This document shows positions 27,192 through 36,146 of a DNA stretch of 64,000 bases, piece after piece. This DNA comes from an uncultured Phycisphaerae bacterium (GTDB lineage Bacteria > Planctomycetota > Phycisphaerae > Sedimentisphaerales > Anaerobacaceae). The notes beneath the pieces were generated by a model. That model worked only from the letters and a program-made list of their open reading frames with translations. It ran no database searches and was not told the origin of the DNA. The stretch is from contig CBFDBY010000005.1 of the NCBI GenBank assembly GCA_965603165.1, positions 11,474-75,473 of the forward strand, read 5' to 3'. Both the position numbers and the translations under genes were made by a program. The stretch's first letter is position 1; each line of letters starts with the position of its first letter.

Positions 27192-28301
27192 CTATGCGAG
27201 GCCCCGCAGGATGTCCACACCCTGCTGAATCTTCTCGTCGGTCGTGGCGAAGCTGATTCGGAAGTGCGAGTCCTTCTCGCTGAAGACGTTGCCCGGAATC
27301 ACCAGGACGTTGCTCTGGATCGCCTTCTTGACGAACTCGGTGCCGGAGCCGCCGGGGGCCTTGACGAATGCGTAGAAGGCGCCTTCCGGCCGGACCACTT
27401 CGAAGGAATCCTTCAACCCATCGTACAGTAGATCACGTTTTCGGACGTAGCCCTTCACGAGGTCTGTAACGTCGTAATCCATCGCCGCCGCCGCCGCCCG
27501 CTGGAACGGCGTCGGCGCGCACACGAAGGTATACTGCTGAATCTTGGTCATTTCCTCGATGACCGGCCGCAGCGACGACGGGGCCGCCACGTACGCCAGT
27601 CGCCACCCGGTCATGGCGTAGCTCTTGCTGAACCCGCGCATCACCAGCACCTTCTCGTGGTACTTTCCGATGCTGACGGCCGGCCGGTCGTAGCTGAATT
27701 GCTGGTAGATCTCATCGGTCAGGACCAGCACGTCGCGCTCGGCGGCCAGCCTCGCCATCGCCTCGATTTCCTGCTCGGAGTAGACCACGCCCGTCGGGTT
27801 GCTGGGCGAATTGAGGATGAGCATCTTCGTCCGGTCGGTGATCGCCTCGGCGATCCGGTCCACCGGCAGCCGGAAATCGGGGTAGCTCTCGACGAAGACC
27901 GGCTTGCCGCCCAGCAGGTTCACGACGTGCTTGTAGATAACGAAATACGGATCGGGGATGATGACCTCATCGCCCGGGTTGATCAGCGCCATGAAGGCCA
28001 GGAGCAAGCCGCCGCTGACGCCGCTGGCGACGAGCACCGCGGGGTCCTCCCAGCCGAACTCGGCCGCTACCTGGGCGGCGATCTTATCCCGGAGCTGCTT
28101 CTCGCCGACGGTCTGGGAGTATTTGTTCAGCCCGGCTTCGATGGCCTTGATGGCCTCCTGCTTCAGCGGCTCCGGCACATCGAAGTCCGGCTGACCGATC
28201 GAGAAATTGATCGGGTCCTTCAACTCGGCCGCCAGGGCGAAGACCTTGCGTATCCCACTCGCGTCAATCAGGCTCGTTCGATCCGCCACCAGTTTCTTCA
28301 T
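27192..28301 (-). CDS. Class I pyridoxal-phosphate-dependent aminotransferase (aspartate aminotransferase-like)
   Basis: 369 aa with the PLP-lysine motif SKSYAMTGWRLAY. Confidence 0.9.
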   Translation of the reverse strand: MKKLVADRTSLIDASGIRKVFALAAELKDPINFSIGQPDFDVPEPLKQEAIKAIEAGLNKYSQTVGEKQLRDKIAAQVAAEFGWEDPAVLVASGVSGGLLLAFMALINPGDEVIIPDPYFVIYKHVVNLLGGKPVFVESYPDFRLPVDRIAEAITDRTKMLILNSPSNPTGVVYSEQEIEAMARLAAERDVLVLTDEIYQQFSYDRPAVSIGKYHEKVLVMRGFSKSYAMTGWRLAYVAAPSSLRPVIEEMTKIQQYTFVCAPTPFQRAAAAAMDYDVTDLVKGYVRKRDLLYDGLKDSFEVVRPEGAFYAFVKAPGGSGTEFVKKAIQSNVLVIPGNVFSEKDSHFRISFATTDEKIQQGVDILRGLA

Positions 28302-28424
28302 GGCTTACCCACACCTATAAGAAGCATCAATTCAGCTTGAAACACACGCCCACATCCTACGGGCGGCCGTCAGGTTGACAAGGGAAAAATGCGTCTCAGA
28401 GGATTCCCGGCTTGGCCGGCCTTC

Positions 28425-28433
28425 TGGTATAAT
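28425..28433 (+). promoter_or_regulatory. Candidate extended -10 promoter element TGGTATAAT upstream of tatA
   Basis: TG at 28425-28426 and TATAAT at 28428-28433. No good -35 element. Confidence 0.3.
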
Positions 28434-28540
28434 AGCGACCGACGGCCTGTGCCGGGGGAAACTCTCCGGCCGGCCGGACGTAGTAGTGACCGTGACTTTT
28501 CGCGGGATCGTGTCTCATTGTGTATTTGAATGGAGTCTGT

Positions 28541-29056
28541 ATGACCGGGCATCTGCCGTATATCGCTTTCACCATGCCGGGCGGGGGCGAATGGATCATT
28601 ATTCTTATCATCGGCCTGCTGATCTTCGGCCGCCGACTGCCCGAGGTCGCTCGCAGCCTCGGCAAGAGCGTCAACGAGTTCAAGCGAGGCCTGCGCGACT
28701 TCGAGGACAGCGCCGGCGAGGTCGTCCGCGACGTGAACAAGATCAAGGACGACGTCGTCGCCGAAGCCGAAAAAGCCACCGCCGATGAGGACACGTACGA
28801 CCCCTACGGGACCGGACCGGTCGCCTCCGGGCCGGACGAATACGGCTCTTATGACGCCGAAGGCAGTACGACCGAACAGGACGAGCCCGCGTCGCCCGAG
28901 ACGGGCGAAGAAGCAACGGACCAGGAAAAGCCGAGCCAACAGGATTCTGCGGAACCGACGGACCAGGAAGAGCCCGACCGACGGGATTCGGCAGAACCGG
29001 CCGAGCCGACATCGGAGCAGGACGATTCCGAACCCTATGTCGATCCCATGAAGTGA
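28541..29056 (+). CDS. tatA: Twin-arginine translocase TatA/E family protein with an unusually long acidic C-terminal tail
   Basis: The track ORF starts at GTG 28520. ATG 28541 has GGAG 8 nt upstream. The TatA core is GEWIIILIIGLLIFGRRLPEVARSLGKSVNEFKRGL, followed by about 110 aa of D/E/P/S-rich sequence. Confidence 0.85.
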   Translation: MTGHLPYIAFTMPGGGEWIIILIIGLLIFGRRLPEVARSLGKSVNEFKRGLRDFEDSAGEVVRDVNKIKDDVVAEAEKATADEDTYDPYGTGPVASGPDEYGSYDAEGSTTEQDEPASPETGEEATDQEKPSQQDSAEPTDQEEPDRRDSAEPAEPTSEQDDSEPYVDPMK

Positions 29057-29133
29057 CGCACCCCGCGCGGGCCACAGGCCGCCTCGCAACCGGCGCCGCG
29101 CACTGTTCCTGTACACGGAAAGGAGATACTTCG

Positions 29134-30006
29134 ATGCGAGAGTCCGCCCTTCTCGCTGTATGGACCGCCGTGCTTGTGGTCTTCGCCGTGCCGCTGCCGA
29201 GAACTGCGGAAGCCGACCATGCGCGCAATGACGAATCAGATGGGTACAAGCTGGTCTGGGCGGATGAATTCAACAAGGACGGCCGGCCCGACCCGAATAA
29301 TTGGGTGTACGAGCGCGGGTTTGTGCGCAACGAGGAATTGCAGTGGTACCAGCCGGACAATGCCCACTGCGAGAATGGCTTGCTGATCATCGAGGCCCGT
29401 CGCGAACGTAAGCCGAATCCCTCTTATGACGCGAACAGCCGGAGTTGGAGGCGTAACCGGCCGTACGCGGAGTACACGTCCACCTGCCTCAAGACCAGCG
29501 GCCTGCACAAGTGGACCTTCGGCCGATTCGAGATGCGTGGCCGGATCGACACCCGCCCGGGCCTGTGGCCGGCGTTCTGGACGCTCGGCTCCGCCCGCGG
29601 CTGGCCGGGCTGCGGCGAGATCGACATCATGGAATACTACCGCGGCCTGCTGCTCGCCAACGCCTGCTGGGCCGGCGAGAGAAGGGGGACCGCCGTCTGG
29701 GACGATCTCCGCAAGCCGATCACCGAGTTCGCCGACCCCAACTGGTCGTCCAAATTCCACATCTGGCGCATGGACTGGGACAAAGACCAGATCAACCTGT
29801 ACATCGACGACCAGCTCCTGAACACCATCGACCTGAGCAAGACGGTCAACGGGACCTCGGACGGAGCCAACCCCTTCCACGAGCCCCACTACATCCTGCT
29901 CAACCTCGCCATCGGCGGCACCAACGGCGGCGACCCCACCCAAACCGGATTCCCCGCCCGCTTCGAAGTAGACTACGTCCGCGTTTACCAGAAGACGGTG
30001 CCGTAA
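29134..30006 (+). CDS. Glycoside hydrolase family 16 (beta-glucanase/laminarinase type)
   Basis: Catalytic GEIDIME (ExDxxE) motif. The signal peptide starts at ATG 29134, preceded by AGGAGA at 29121-29126. The track start at 29053 is over-extended. Confidence 0.9.
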   Translation: MRESALLAVWTAVLVVFAVPLPRTAEADHARNDESDGYKLVWADEFNKDGRPDPNNWVYERGFVRNEELQWYQPDNAHCENGLLIIEARRERKPNPSYDANSRSWRRNRPYAEYTSTCLKTSGLHKWTFGRFEMRGRIDTRPGLWPAFWTLGSARGWPGCGEIDIMEYYRGLLLANACWAGERRGTAVWDDLRKPITEFADPNWSSKFHIWRMDWDKDQINLYIDDQLLNTIDLSKTVNGTSDGANPFHEPHYILLNLAIGGTNGGDPTQTGFPARFEVDYVRVYQKTVP

Positions 30007-30019
30007 CGGCCGAAGAGAA

Positions 30020-31627
30020 TCAACGAATCAGTAGGCCTGCGGGCTTAACCTCATCAAGATAGACGCTCAGAACTTGACTCCATTCGTGGCGCTGAGTCTT
30101 GTACCACAACACGCCATCATCGCTGGATAGGGTCTCGCCCTTTGCCAACGCGAAGAGCAGAAGCTCAACCGCTGTCTTGCTGAGCGGAGCTGCATCGCAG
30201 AGCGGCTCGTAAAGCGTCTGAAAGAAGGGGTGATCTCGATTTAGAGTTACCACGGTCGATTTCCCGTAGGTTCGGACCCGATAGAATGGTGCACCGGGCA
30301 AATTCTCGAAGTCCATGAGGAACGGACGCTCCCGGATGTCCTGGATGACCTCGTCAATCGATCTACCTTCGCCCAGATGCTCCTTCGCATATTCGCGCAC
30401 CTCCTGTTCGACTTGCTCGTCGGATTTGTCACGGATAGCGGACGCGACGCGTAAGAATTTGTCGGTGCTTTTCGCGATGTCCTCAGCCTGCCGTGTATTC
30501 TTCTGATGTGTGTGCGTGTTTCTCGATACTATGATATCTGTGAGCGTCGCAAGATTGGCATTCACATCGTTTTCGATTGTCGTCCTGACGCGCTCCGCAA
30601 GGGTGACCTGCTGTTTGGTGTGTGTCATTCCGAACAGCTCGTCCAAGTCAGGATCAAACGATATTTCACAGCCCCACCACCGGCACGTCCAGTGGTCTCG
30701 GCGGAAGCCAAAATACCCAAAATCGACCTCGCGACCTGCACGCACTATGGATATTCCTCTGCAACGGTCAACACCCCGCTCCTTTGCCTCCTTTTTCCCT
30801 TTGCCAAATTTCGTTTGCCATTCTTCTGGAAGCAGGGAGAATCGCACCGTTACAGTTGCCATTCTCTGGTTTTTCCCTCGCACCGGGAAGTCGAACCTCA
30901 GCGGTGCCCCATGCGCTGTTGCGCCGGAGAATTTGGCCTCGGACATGAGAAACAACGGATCAAATGGCCTCACTTCCTCCCTGTTGACGTCGATTCTCTT
31001 GCCACGCGTGAGGTAATACCTGTAAGTCTGTCCAAGGGCCTTCGGAAGTTCTCGTGTGAGCGTCTGTTCCCGGCCACAGTAATCCAGCCTATCACAGTGC
31101 TTCCAGACAACCAGCGTTCCGCTCGTCGAAGAGGCATATGGTAGATAATCCCTGGGCAGTGGGACTGTCTTGGGCTCCGGCACTACCGACATAGCCCCCC
31201 CTGCCACCTCATCAACATCGATATAGCAGAAGCTCACCTCTTCGGGGCTGCGCCATGTATAGACTTCGAGCCTGCGACACTGGCTTACTGACGCATTCGG
31301 CAGCCCCATGCCGAAGCGGCCCAAGCCATCACGATCGTCAAATCTCGTCGTGCCACCAAACCGGAGGGCTGTCCTCAGGGTTGCTCCTGACATACCAGAA
31401 CCGTCGTCAGCACACACGACCTCTTTCACCACCGGCGATTTCGGTCTGCCTTTGCCATTGCTGGGAGGTGTCTCGCTGCGAAAGAAAACCTGGAACCGAT
31501 TGGCACCCGCCTGAAAAGCGTTGTCGGCAAGTTCAGAGATCGCGCTGGCCGTCGACTTATAGCCGCTATCACGAGTGGTCTGAATGAAGTTGTCCTCTTT
31601 GACTATCGTGTAGCTCTCACTACTCAT
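30020..31627 (-). CDS. Stand-alone GHKL (MORC/HATPase_c_3-like) ATPase
   Basis: 535 aa. Bergerat-fold motifs ELADNAFQAG (N box), DDGSGM (DxGxG) and GRFGMGLPNAS (G2). No recognisable nuclease or HTH domain. GC is visibly lower than in the neighbours. Confidence 0.85.
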   Translation of the reverse strand: MSSESYTIVKEDNFIQTTRDSGYKSTASAISELADNAFQAGANRFQVFFRSETPPSNGKGRPKSPVVKEVVCADDGSGMSGATLRTALRFGGTTRFDDRDGLGRFGMGLPNASVSQCRRLEVYTWRSPEEVSFCYIDVDEVAGGAMSVVPEPKTVPLPRDYLPYASSTSGTLVVWKHCDRLDYCGREQTLTRELPKALGQTYRYYLTRGKRIDVNREEVRPFDPLFLMSEAKFSGATAHGAPLRFDFPVRGKNQRMATVTVRFSLLPEEWQTKFGKGKKEAKERGVDRCRGISIVRAGREVDFGYFGFRRDHWTCRWWGCEISFDPDLDELFGMTHTKQQVTLAERVRTTIENDVNANLATLTDIIVSRNTHTHQKNTRQAEDIAKSTDKFLRVASAIRDKSDEQVEQEVREYAKEHLGEGRSIDEVIQDIRERPFLMDFENLPGAPFYRVRTYGKSTVVTLNRDHPFFQTLYEPLCDAAPLSKTAVELLLFALAKGETLSSDDGVLWYKTQRHEWSQVLSVYLDEVKPAGLLIR

Positions 31628-32086
31628 ATCCCGCCCTTTCTCATCTTCGGATCCGATATTGAGCCAGACTGATGGGAAACCTCCCGCCTTCGCATAATGA
31701 TTCTCGTTTTGTTTCGCCTACTGACGATGTTCGCGAGCGGTCCTTCCTGTCCGTTCCGTGCATCGCCTTTTCCAACTGCGAACCTGCTGAACGATCGTCG
31801 TTCTCAGGCGCAAATGAGTCGTTGGACTCTCCCTTCTCGCGTCTACTCGCGGCAATGAGGCGAACCATCAGCAGATTGCCGTGCGGCATGCTTTCGGTCG
31901 CTCGTGCACCATAGTTTTCGCTCCCTCGGCCTCAGCATGCCTCAAGTAAAGTATATGGTCGAAACGCCTCGTGCCAAATTCCCGGGTGCGAACTATGCCT
32001 TTTTGGCAAAGAAGAGGTTCTTTCGCATGCCTGGTAGGGTGCAATGGTCCGCTGCGAACACAAGACGCGCTTCATCGAATCGCTTG

Positions 32087-34147
32087 TCAATGCAGAGCAG
32101 CCACGCGGATGGAGAAGGAGTCATTGCCGGAGAAGAGGAGGTGGCAGGTTCGGCCGTCTGGACTCATCCATTTGGTGGGGAAGACACTCGTTTCGCCCGG
32201 ACCGGTGTCCCAAGTCTCGGTGTAGAAGACTGTGCGCCAGGGGCCCCAAGGCTGGGGGGCCTCGTAGATTCCGAAGCCGCCCTGGAAGCGTGGGCCGCGG
32301 TCGTCGGTGCTTTCGGGCAAGGTCTGACACCAGAGGTAGCGCTTCAGACCGGCGTTGTAGCTGATGCCGGAACGGTAGCACCGGCCCGGATTCACGAAGA
32401 CGGCCCCACGGTCGCGGATGTCCTTCGTCCAGAGTGGCTCGCCGGCGGCGTCGAGGCCCTTGAAGAACTCATAGCCCCCCTGCTCGCGGATCCGGGTCTT
32501 CGGGACGCGGGCCAGAACCATGCGATCGGCGGGCTCGTAGGCGCTGTCGCTGTCATGCGAGTAGATGTAGACGTACCCGTCGCGGGCACCGGCGTAATCG
32601 CGGCCGAAGTTCAGGAACGTCGGGGCGCCGAAGCTCGTTTCGAATCTCCAGTCGGACCAGTGCCACGTTCCGGCGTGGTCGTCCGACCAGGCGATCTGCG
32701 AATTGGCGGTGTTCCGGACCACCATGTAGAGGATGCCCTCCACACAGAGCATTCCGGAGGCTTTCGGGCCGTTGGCCCCCTGCCCTACCCGCTCGCCCGT
32801 CTCGCTACGGATATTGCCGCCCTCGAAATCGTCGGGCCCACCAGTGACCCTGGCGAAGCCCAGGCTGAGTTTCTTATCCACCTTTGGCTCAAAGCCCCAG
32901 CCGTCGCCATAGGCGGCGTAGAGGCAGTCGTCGTCGGCCCAGGTGATCGGCCAGTTGTCGCTGCCCTCCGCCTTGCGGACGATCTTATCGTGGGGGCCCC
33001 ACTCGACCGTTTGGACGATCTCGCTAACGAGGTACGGGGCGCCGGGCCATCGGCCCCGATCCTTGACGGACAGGGCAATCGGCTCCAGGAATGGCTCTAT
33101 CGGTGCGTAATGCGGGTTTCGCGGGCCAGGAAGCGATTTCCCCGCCCGCGAGGCGACGATGTCCAGGGACGGGATGACCACGATCAGGCTGTCGTAAAGG
33201 CCCCAGGACCAGTAGGCGTCCCGGGGGACGTTTTTCATGGCGCCGTCGGCGTTGTTCCACCATAGCAGGCCATAATGGTCGGAGGCGTTGCTGTAATCCT
33301 CCGATTTGAGCACCGGCAGGCCCCGCACGCCATACGGCACGGTCCGGGCGGCGCCGACGAACCACGAGGGGACGATCTGCCTGCCCTGCCAGCGGCCGTT
33401 GCGGAGGTACAGATAGCCGATCCGCGCCATCGCGTCGACGTTGGAGTGGATGCCCGAGCCGAACTCCCGCCTCATCACGCCGTTGATCTCTTTCGACCGG
33501 TAGGCGTTCGTGCGCCACCGCAGGTCGTCCCGCCCGATGCCGATGGGCGAGAAGACCCGCTCGAACATCAATTCCTGGAGGTCTCGGCCGTAGGCCAGCG
33601 TAACGCACTCGGCCAGCCAGTTCGGGCCGCCGTCGCTGTATGCCCATTGTGTGCCGGGCTCGAAAAGCAGTTCCGTGTACCCGCCCGGCTTGTCAAAACC
33701 GGCCGTCTGCGTCGCTAAGTGAAACAACGTGATCTTGGGAAGCCGGCCCTCTGTCCTGTTGGCCTCGGGGGGGACGCCAAAATCCGGATGATACTTCGAG
33801 GCCGGCTCGTGCAGGCTCTCGAATTTGCCGTCCAGCAGGGCCAGACCGACCGCGGTCACCCCGATGGCTTTGGTCGAGGATTTCAGGTCGTAGGTTTGGC
33901 CCTGGTCGCCCCACCGCAGCACGACGCTGCCGTGGCGCGTGATCATGCCGGAGCCGCCACCGGTCAGGGCGACGTCCCGTGCCCTGTCCAGCATCGCGGC
34001 ATCCATCCCGACCGCCTCAGGCGCGGCGGTCGGCCACTGTCCGCTGGGCCATACCGCCTGCCCCCCTGCGGCAACGGTCGTAGAGATCATAGCGAGGGCG
34101 CAAAGCACGAGAATCGGGAACCTGTCGGATGTGCCGTTTCCGCCCAT
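32087..34147 (-). CDS. Secreted serine hydrolase (beta-lactamase/PBP-like fold) fused to a C-terminal beta-propeller-like domain of unknown function
   Basis: 686 aa with a signal peptide. SSTK (SxxK) motif. The C-terminal ~320 aa (DNWPITWADDDCLYAAYGDGWGF...) form an uncharacterised domain. Confidence 0.8.
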   Translation of the reverse strand: MGGNGTSDRFPILVLCALAMISTTVAAGGQAVWPSGQWPTAAPEAVGMDAAMLDRARDVALTGGGSGMITRHGSVVLRWGDQGQTYDLKSSTKAIGVTAVGLALLDGKFESLHEPASKYHPDFGVPPEANRTEGRLPKITLFHLATQTAGFDKPGGYTELLFEPGTQWAYSDGGPNWLAECVTLAYGRDLQELMFERVFSPIGIGRDDLRWRTNAYRSKEINGVMRREFGSGIHSNVDAMARIGYLYLRNGRWQGRQIVPSWFVGAARTVPYGVRGLPVLKSEDYSNASDHYGLLWWNNADGAMKNVPRDAYWSWGLYDSLIVVIPSLDIVASRAGKSLPGPRNPHYAPIEPFLEPIALSVKDRGRWPGAPYLVSEIVQTVEWGPHDKIVRKAEGSDNWPITWADDDCLYAAYGDGWGFEPKVDKKLSLGFARVTGGPDDFEGGNIRSETGERVGQGANGPKASGMLCVEGILYMVVRNTANSQIAWSDDHAGTWHWSDWRFETSFGAPTFLNFGRDYAGARDGYVYIYSHDSDSAYEPADRMVLARVPKTRIREQGGYEFFKGLDAAGEPLWTKDIRDRGAVFVNPGRCYRSGISYNAGLKRYLWCQTLPESTDDRGPRFQGGFGIYEAPQPWGPWRTVFYTETWDTGPGETSVFPTKWMSPDGRTCHLLFSGNDSFSIRVAALH

Positions 34148-34290
34148 TGGAGTACTCCCGCTTCATCAATGATCGAATGGGGCGCCGTGTCCCCAAAGAA
34201 GACATGCCGGACTTTCGTCCGGCATGCGCGGTTCGAATCGGTGCCGGACCGATGGCACAGGGCCTTTCCAGCCGGCTCCCAGCGGTCTTG

Positions 34291-34548
34291 TCAGGCGCCG
34301 TCAGCCTTTGGGGCGGGCGTTGTGCCTGGAGTCCCTTCAGCGGCTCCCGGGGCCGCTTCGCTCGCAACGTCTTTGGCCTTCTTGCCGGCCGTGCTCTTGC
34401 GGTGCGCCACTTTTGGCAGGCCCAGCACCGATTGCCCCTCGGTCCAACGCTCCTCTTCCTTGAGAGTCTCAACGCGCTCGGCCCGCGTCAACACGTTGCG
34501 GTGCCGAACCAACGCGTCCTTGATCTTAAGCGAACGATCCACTGACAT
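34291..34548 (-). CDS. Small basic protein (TIGR04137-like)
   Basis: 85 aa. MSVDRSLKIKDALVRHRNVLTRAERVETLKEEERWTEGQSVLGLPKV matches my memory of this PVC-group family. Confidence 0.7.
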   Translation of the reverse strand: MSVDRSLKIKDALVRHRNVLTRAERVETLKEEERWTEGQSVLGLPKVAHRKSTAGKKAKDVASEAAPGAAEGTPGTTPAPKADGA

Positions 34549-34563
34549 GTAACATCTCTCCTG

Positions 34564-35481
34564 TTATCTGATTTTCATTCCGTATGCGTCGCTAAAATTG
34601 TTGGGTGCGAACGACTCATAGCCTTGCGGGGCTTTATACGCCCGCCCCAATTCCGTAATCCTCTTCTTCATCTCGTAGCCGTCCGTACCCGGATTCTGCG
34701 GATTGCCATACAGGTTCTTCGTCACGAGCAAATAGTCGTTGCCGCTCGGCAGAATGGCGGCGTTGAAGCCGAGATCGGTAAAGGCCTTACGCGACGGCTC
34801 GTCGAGAGGCATCACGCCAAGCTCGATGCCATGCCCGGCAAAATACTCCACGACCTTGTCCAAATCAGCCCGCCGCTTGTACTGCGCCAGGACAATCCAG
34901 TGGTCGCGCTGCCCGGCGGCCGGAGGCGCAACCGGCGTATCGAGCTGCGTTCTGCCGGCGCCGGCCGTCGTTGCATCCTGCTCTGTCGAACGCGCCGACC
35001 GGCCGGCCGGCACCATAGATCCGACTGGCGGAGCGGCTCCCTGCGCGTTTCGACCGACCCGACCAAGCTTGAACGCCACCAGGACCATCACAACCACGGC
35101 CAGAGCGACGGCTATGGCGACGTGGTACGGCACCGAGATCTCAACGCGGCCGCCATTCAGTTGCACCGGCTTGGGTCGCAGCCACGTCCGGCCCGGGCCC
35201 GGCGGTGCCGGCCGACCGATTCTCTCAATAGGTCGCGGCTTTGCCACCGGCGGCTCGGGTCGCTCCTCTGTCGCCGGCGGCCCGTCCGCAGGGGTTTCGA
35301 CCTGCTCGGCCGGAGGTTTCGGCTCCTCACGGGCCGACTCATCCTGCTTCGCTGTCTGCGGCTTCAATCTCTCTAAGATACTGCCGCGCTTCGCTTTGCT
35401 CTGCGATCGACTGATCGCTTCATAGAGCGCCTTCTGTCCGGTGTAGCGCTTCATAGCCTTCAGCTCCGTAGCGGCCACCAA
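34564..35481 (-). CDS. Hypothetical single-pass membrane protein with a Pro-rich N-terminus and a SPOR-like C-terminal domain
   Basis: 305 aa. TM segment VAIAVALAVVVMVLVAF. C-terminal HWIVLAQYKRRADLDKVVEYF... The start could be the internal Met at codon 10. Confidence 0.6.
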   Translation of the reverse strand: MVAATELKAMKRYTGQKALYEAISRSQSKAKRGSILERLKPQTAKQDESAREEPKPPAEQVETPADGPPATEERPEPPVAKPRPIERIGRPAPPGPGRTWLRPKPVQLNGGRVEISVPYHVAIAVALAVVVMVLVAFKLGRVGRNAQGAAPPVGSMVPAGRSARSTEQDATTAGAGRTQLDTPVAPPAAGQRDHWIVLAQYKRRADLDKVVEYFAGHGIELGVMPLDEPSRKAFTDLGFNAAILPSGNDYLLVTKNLYGNPQNPGTDGYEMKKRITELGRAYKAPQGYESFAPNNFSDAYGMKIR

Positions 35482-35517
35482 TCCCTTTCCCGGCCGGAAT
35501 GGCTACAGACCGCCCCC

Positions 35518-35546
35518 TTGCCGGGCACCAAACTGTTTCTTATACC
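35518..35546 (+). promoter_or_regulatory. Candidate promoter TTGCCG-17-TATACC at the left edge of an ORF-poor region
   Basis: Hexamers at 35518-35523 and 35541-35546. Confidence 0.25.
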
Positions 35547-35913
35547 CCATTCACACGAGCGTTTCAACGACAAAATCACGCAATTGTCCATGATGTTCGC
35601 CACTGAAGGGTAGCTGCGCGGCCAATCTTCTTCGGCCCAGAGGTAAGAACGCCGCGTTGCAGGATGGGGTAATGCACCACCGACGATGCACGCTCCATCG
35701 CCCCCTGAGGGCCAGGCCTGATACCCCAACCAGGGCTTTCACGGTGGGTATTTTCAGGCCGATTCCCGATAGCCGGGCGTGCCCGAGGATCGTAGAGACA
35801 GCAGAGATCTGATTCCCGATCTGAGCGGCATGAGGGTAGCCGTCGCCGACCTCCATGCCGGCCGGACCCAGGTTGCTCTCACGGGGATTCGGCCCGATGC
35901 TCAAGTACTCTGA

Positions 35914-35976
35914 CGGTCTCAAGGAGACCGATCACCGGGGCTGCACGTCCAATCCGTGCAGCCCTCTCGTTCTTCC
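35914..35976 (+). terminator. Tandem hairpins followed by a T-rich tract (candidate terminator)
   Basis: CGGTCTC[AAG]GAGACCG at 35914-35930. Then a perfect 10-bp stem GGGCTGCACG[TCCAATC]CGTGCAGCCC at 35938-35964, followed by TCTCGTTCTTCC. Confidence 0.35.
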
Positions 35977-36036
35977 ATCGCTTGCACAGATTCCCTTGCC
36001 CATTCGCCCGCCCGTATCTTTGACGGCAACCGAATG

Positions 36037-36065
36037 TTGACAAGGGCAAGGTAAATGGCGATAAT
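36037..36065 (+). promoter_or_regulatory. Promoter TTGACA-17-GATAAT
   Basis: Hexamers at 36037-36042 and 36060-36065, about 80 nt upstream of the lipoprotein gene. Confidence 0.45.
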
Positions 36066-36146
36066 CCCTGCTCCCTCGATGATTGACTGTTGAGGCGGTA
36101 CGTACAAGTCGAGGTTGGAAAGGTCGTGGATTAGCAGGAGTCGCGA

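Noticed and set aside
31641-31889. 82-aa minus-strand ORF as a confident partner gene of the GHKL ATPase
   Set aside because: Its composition is biased, it has no good SD, and it overlaps an equally dubious plus-strand ORF. I kept it only as a possibility in the findings.
31904-33265. 453-aa plus-strand ORF
   Set aside because: It is antisense to the serine hydrolase gene, which carries the SSTK motif and a signal peptide on the minus strand.
35482-36036. RNase P RNA, tmRNA, SRP RNA or cobalamin riboswitch in the ORF-poor region
   Set aside because: I looked on both strands for GGAAAGUCCGG (RNase P CR-I) and for a tRNA-like GGUUCGAAUCC...CCA 3' end with a tag ORF. I also looked for the SRP GGAA/AGCA domain IV loop and the B12 box, and found none. 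A GCCACTG match alone is insufficient for a cobalamin riboswitch. The region stays an unclassified candidate.
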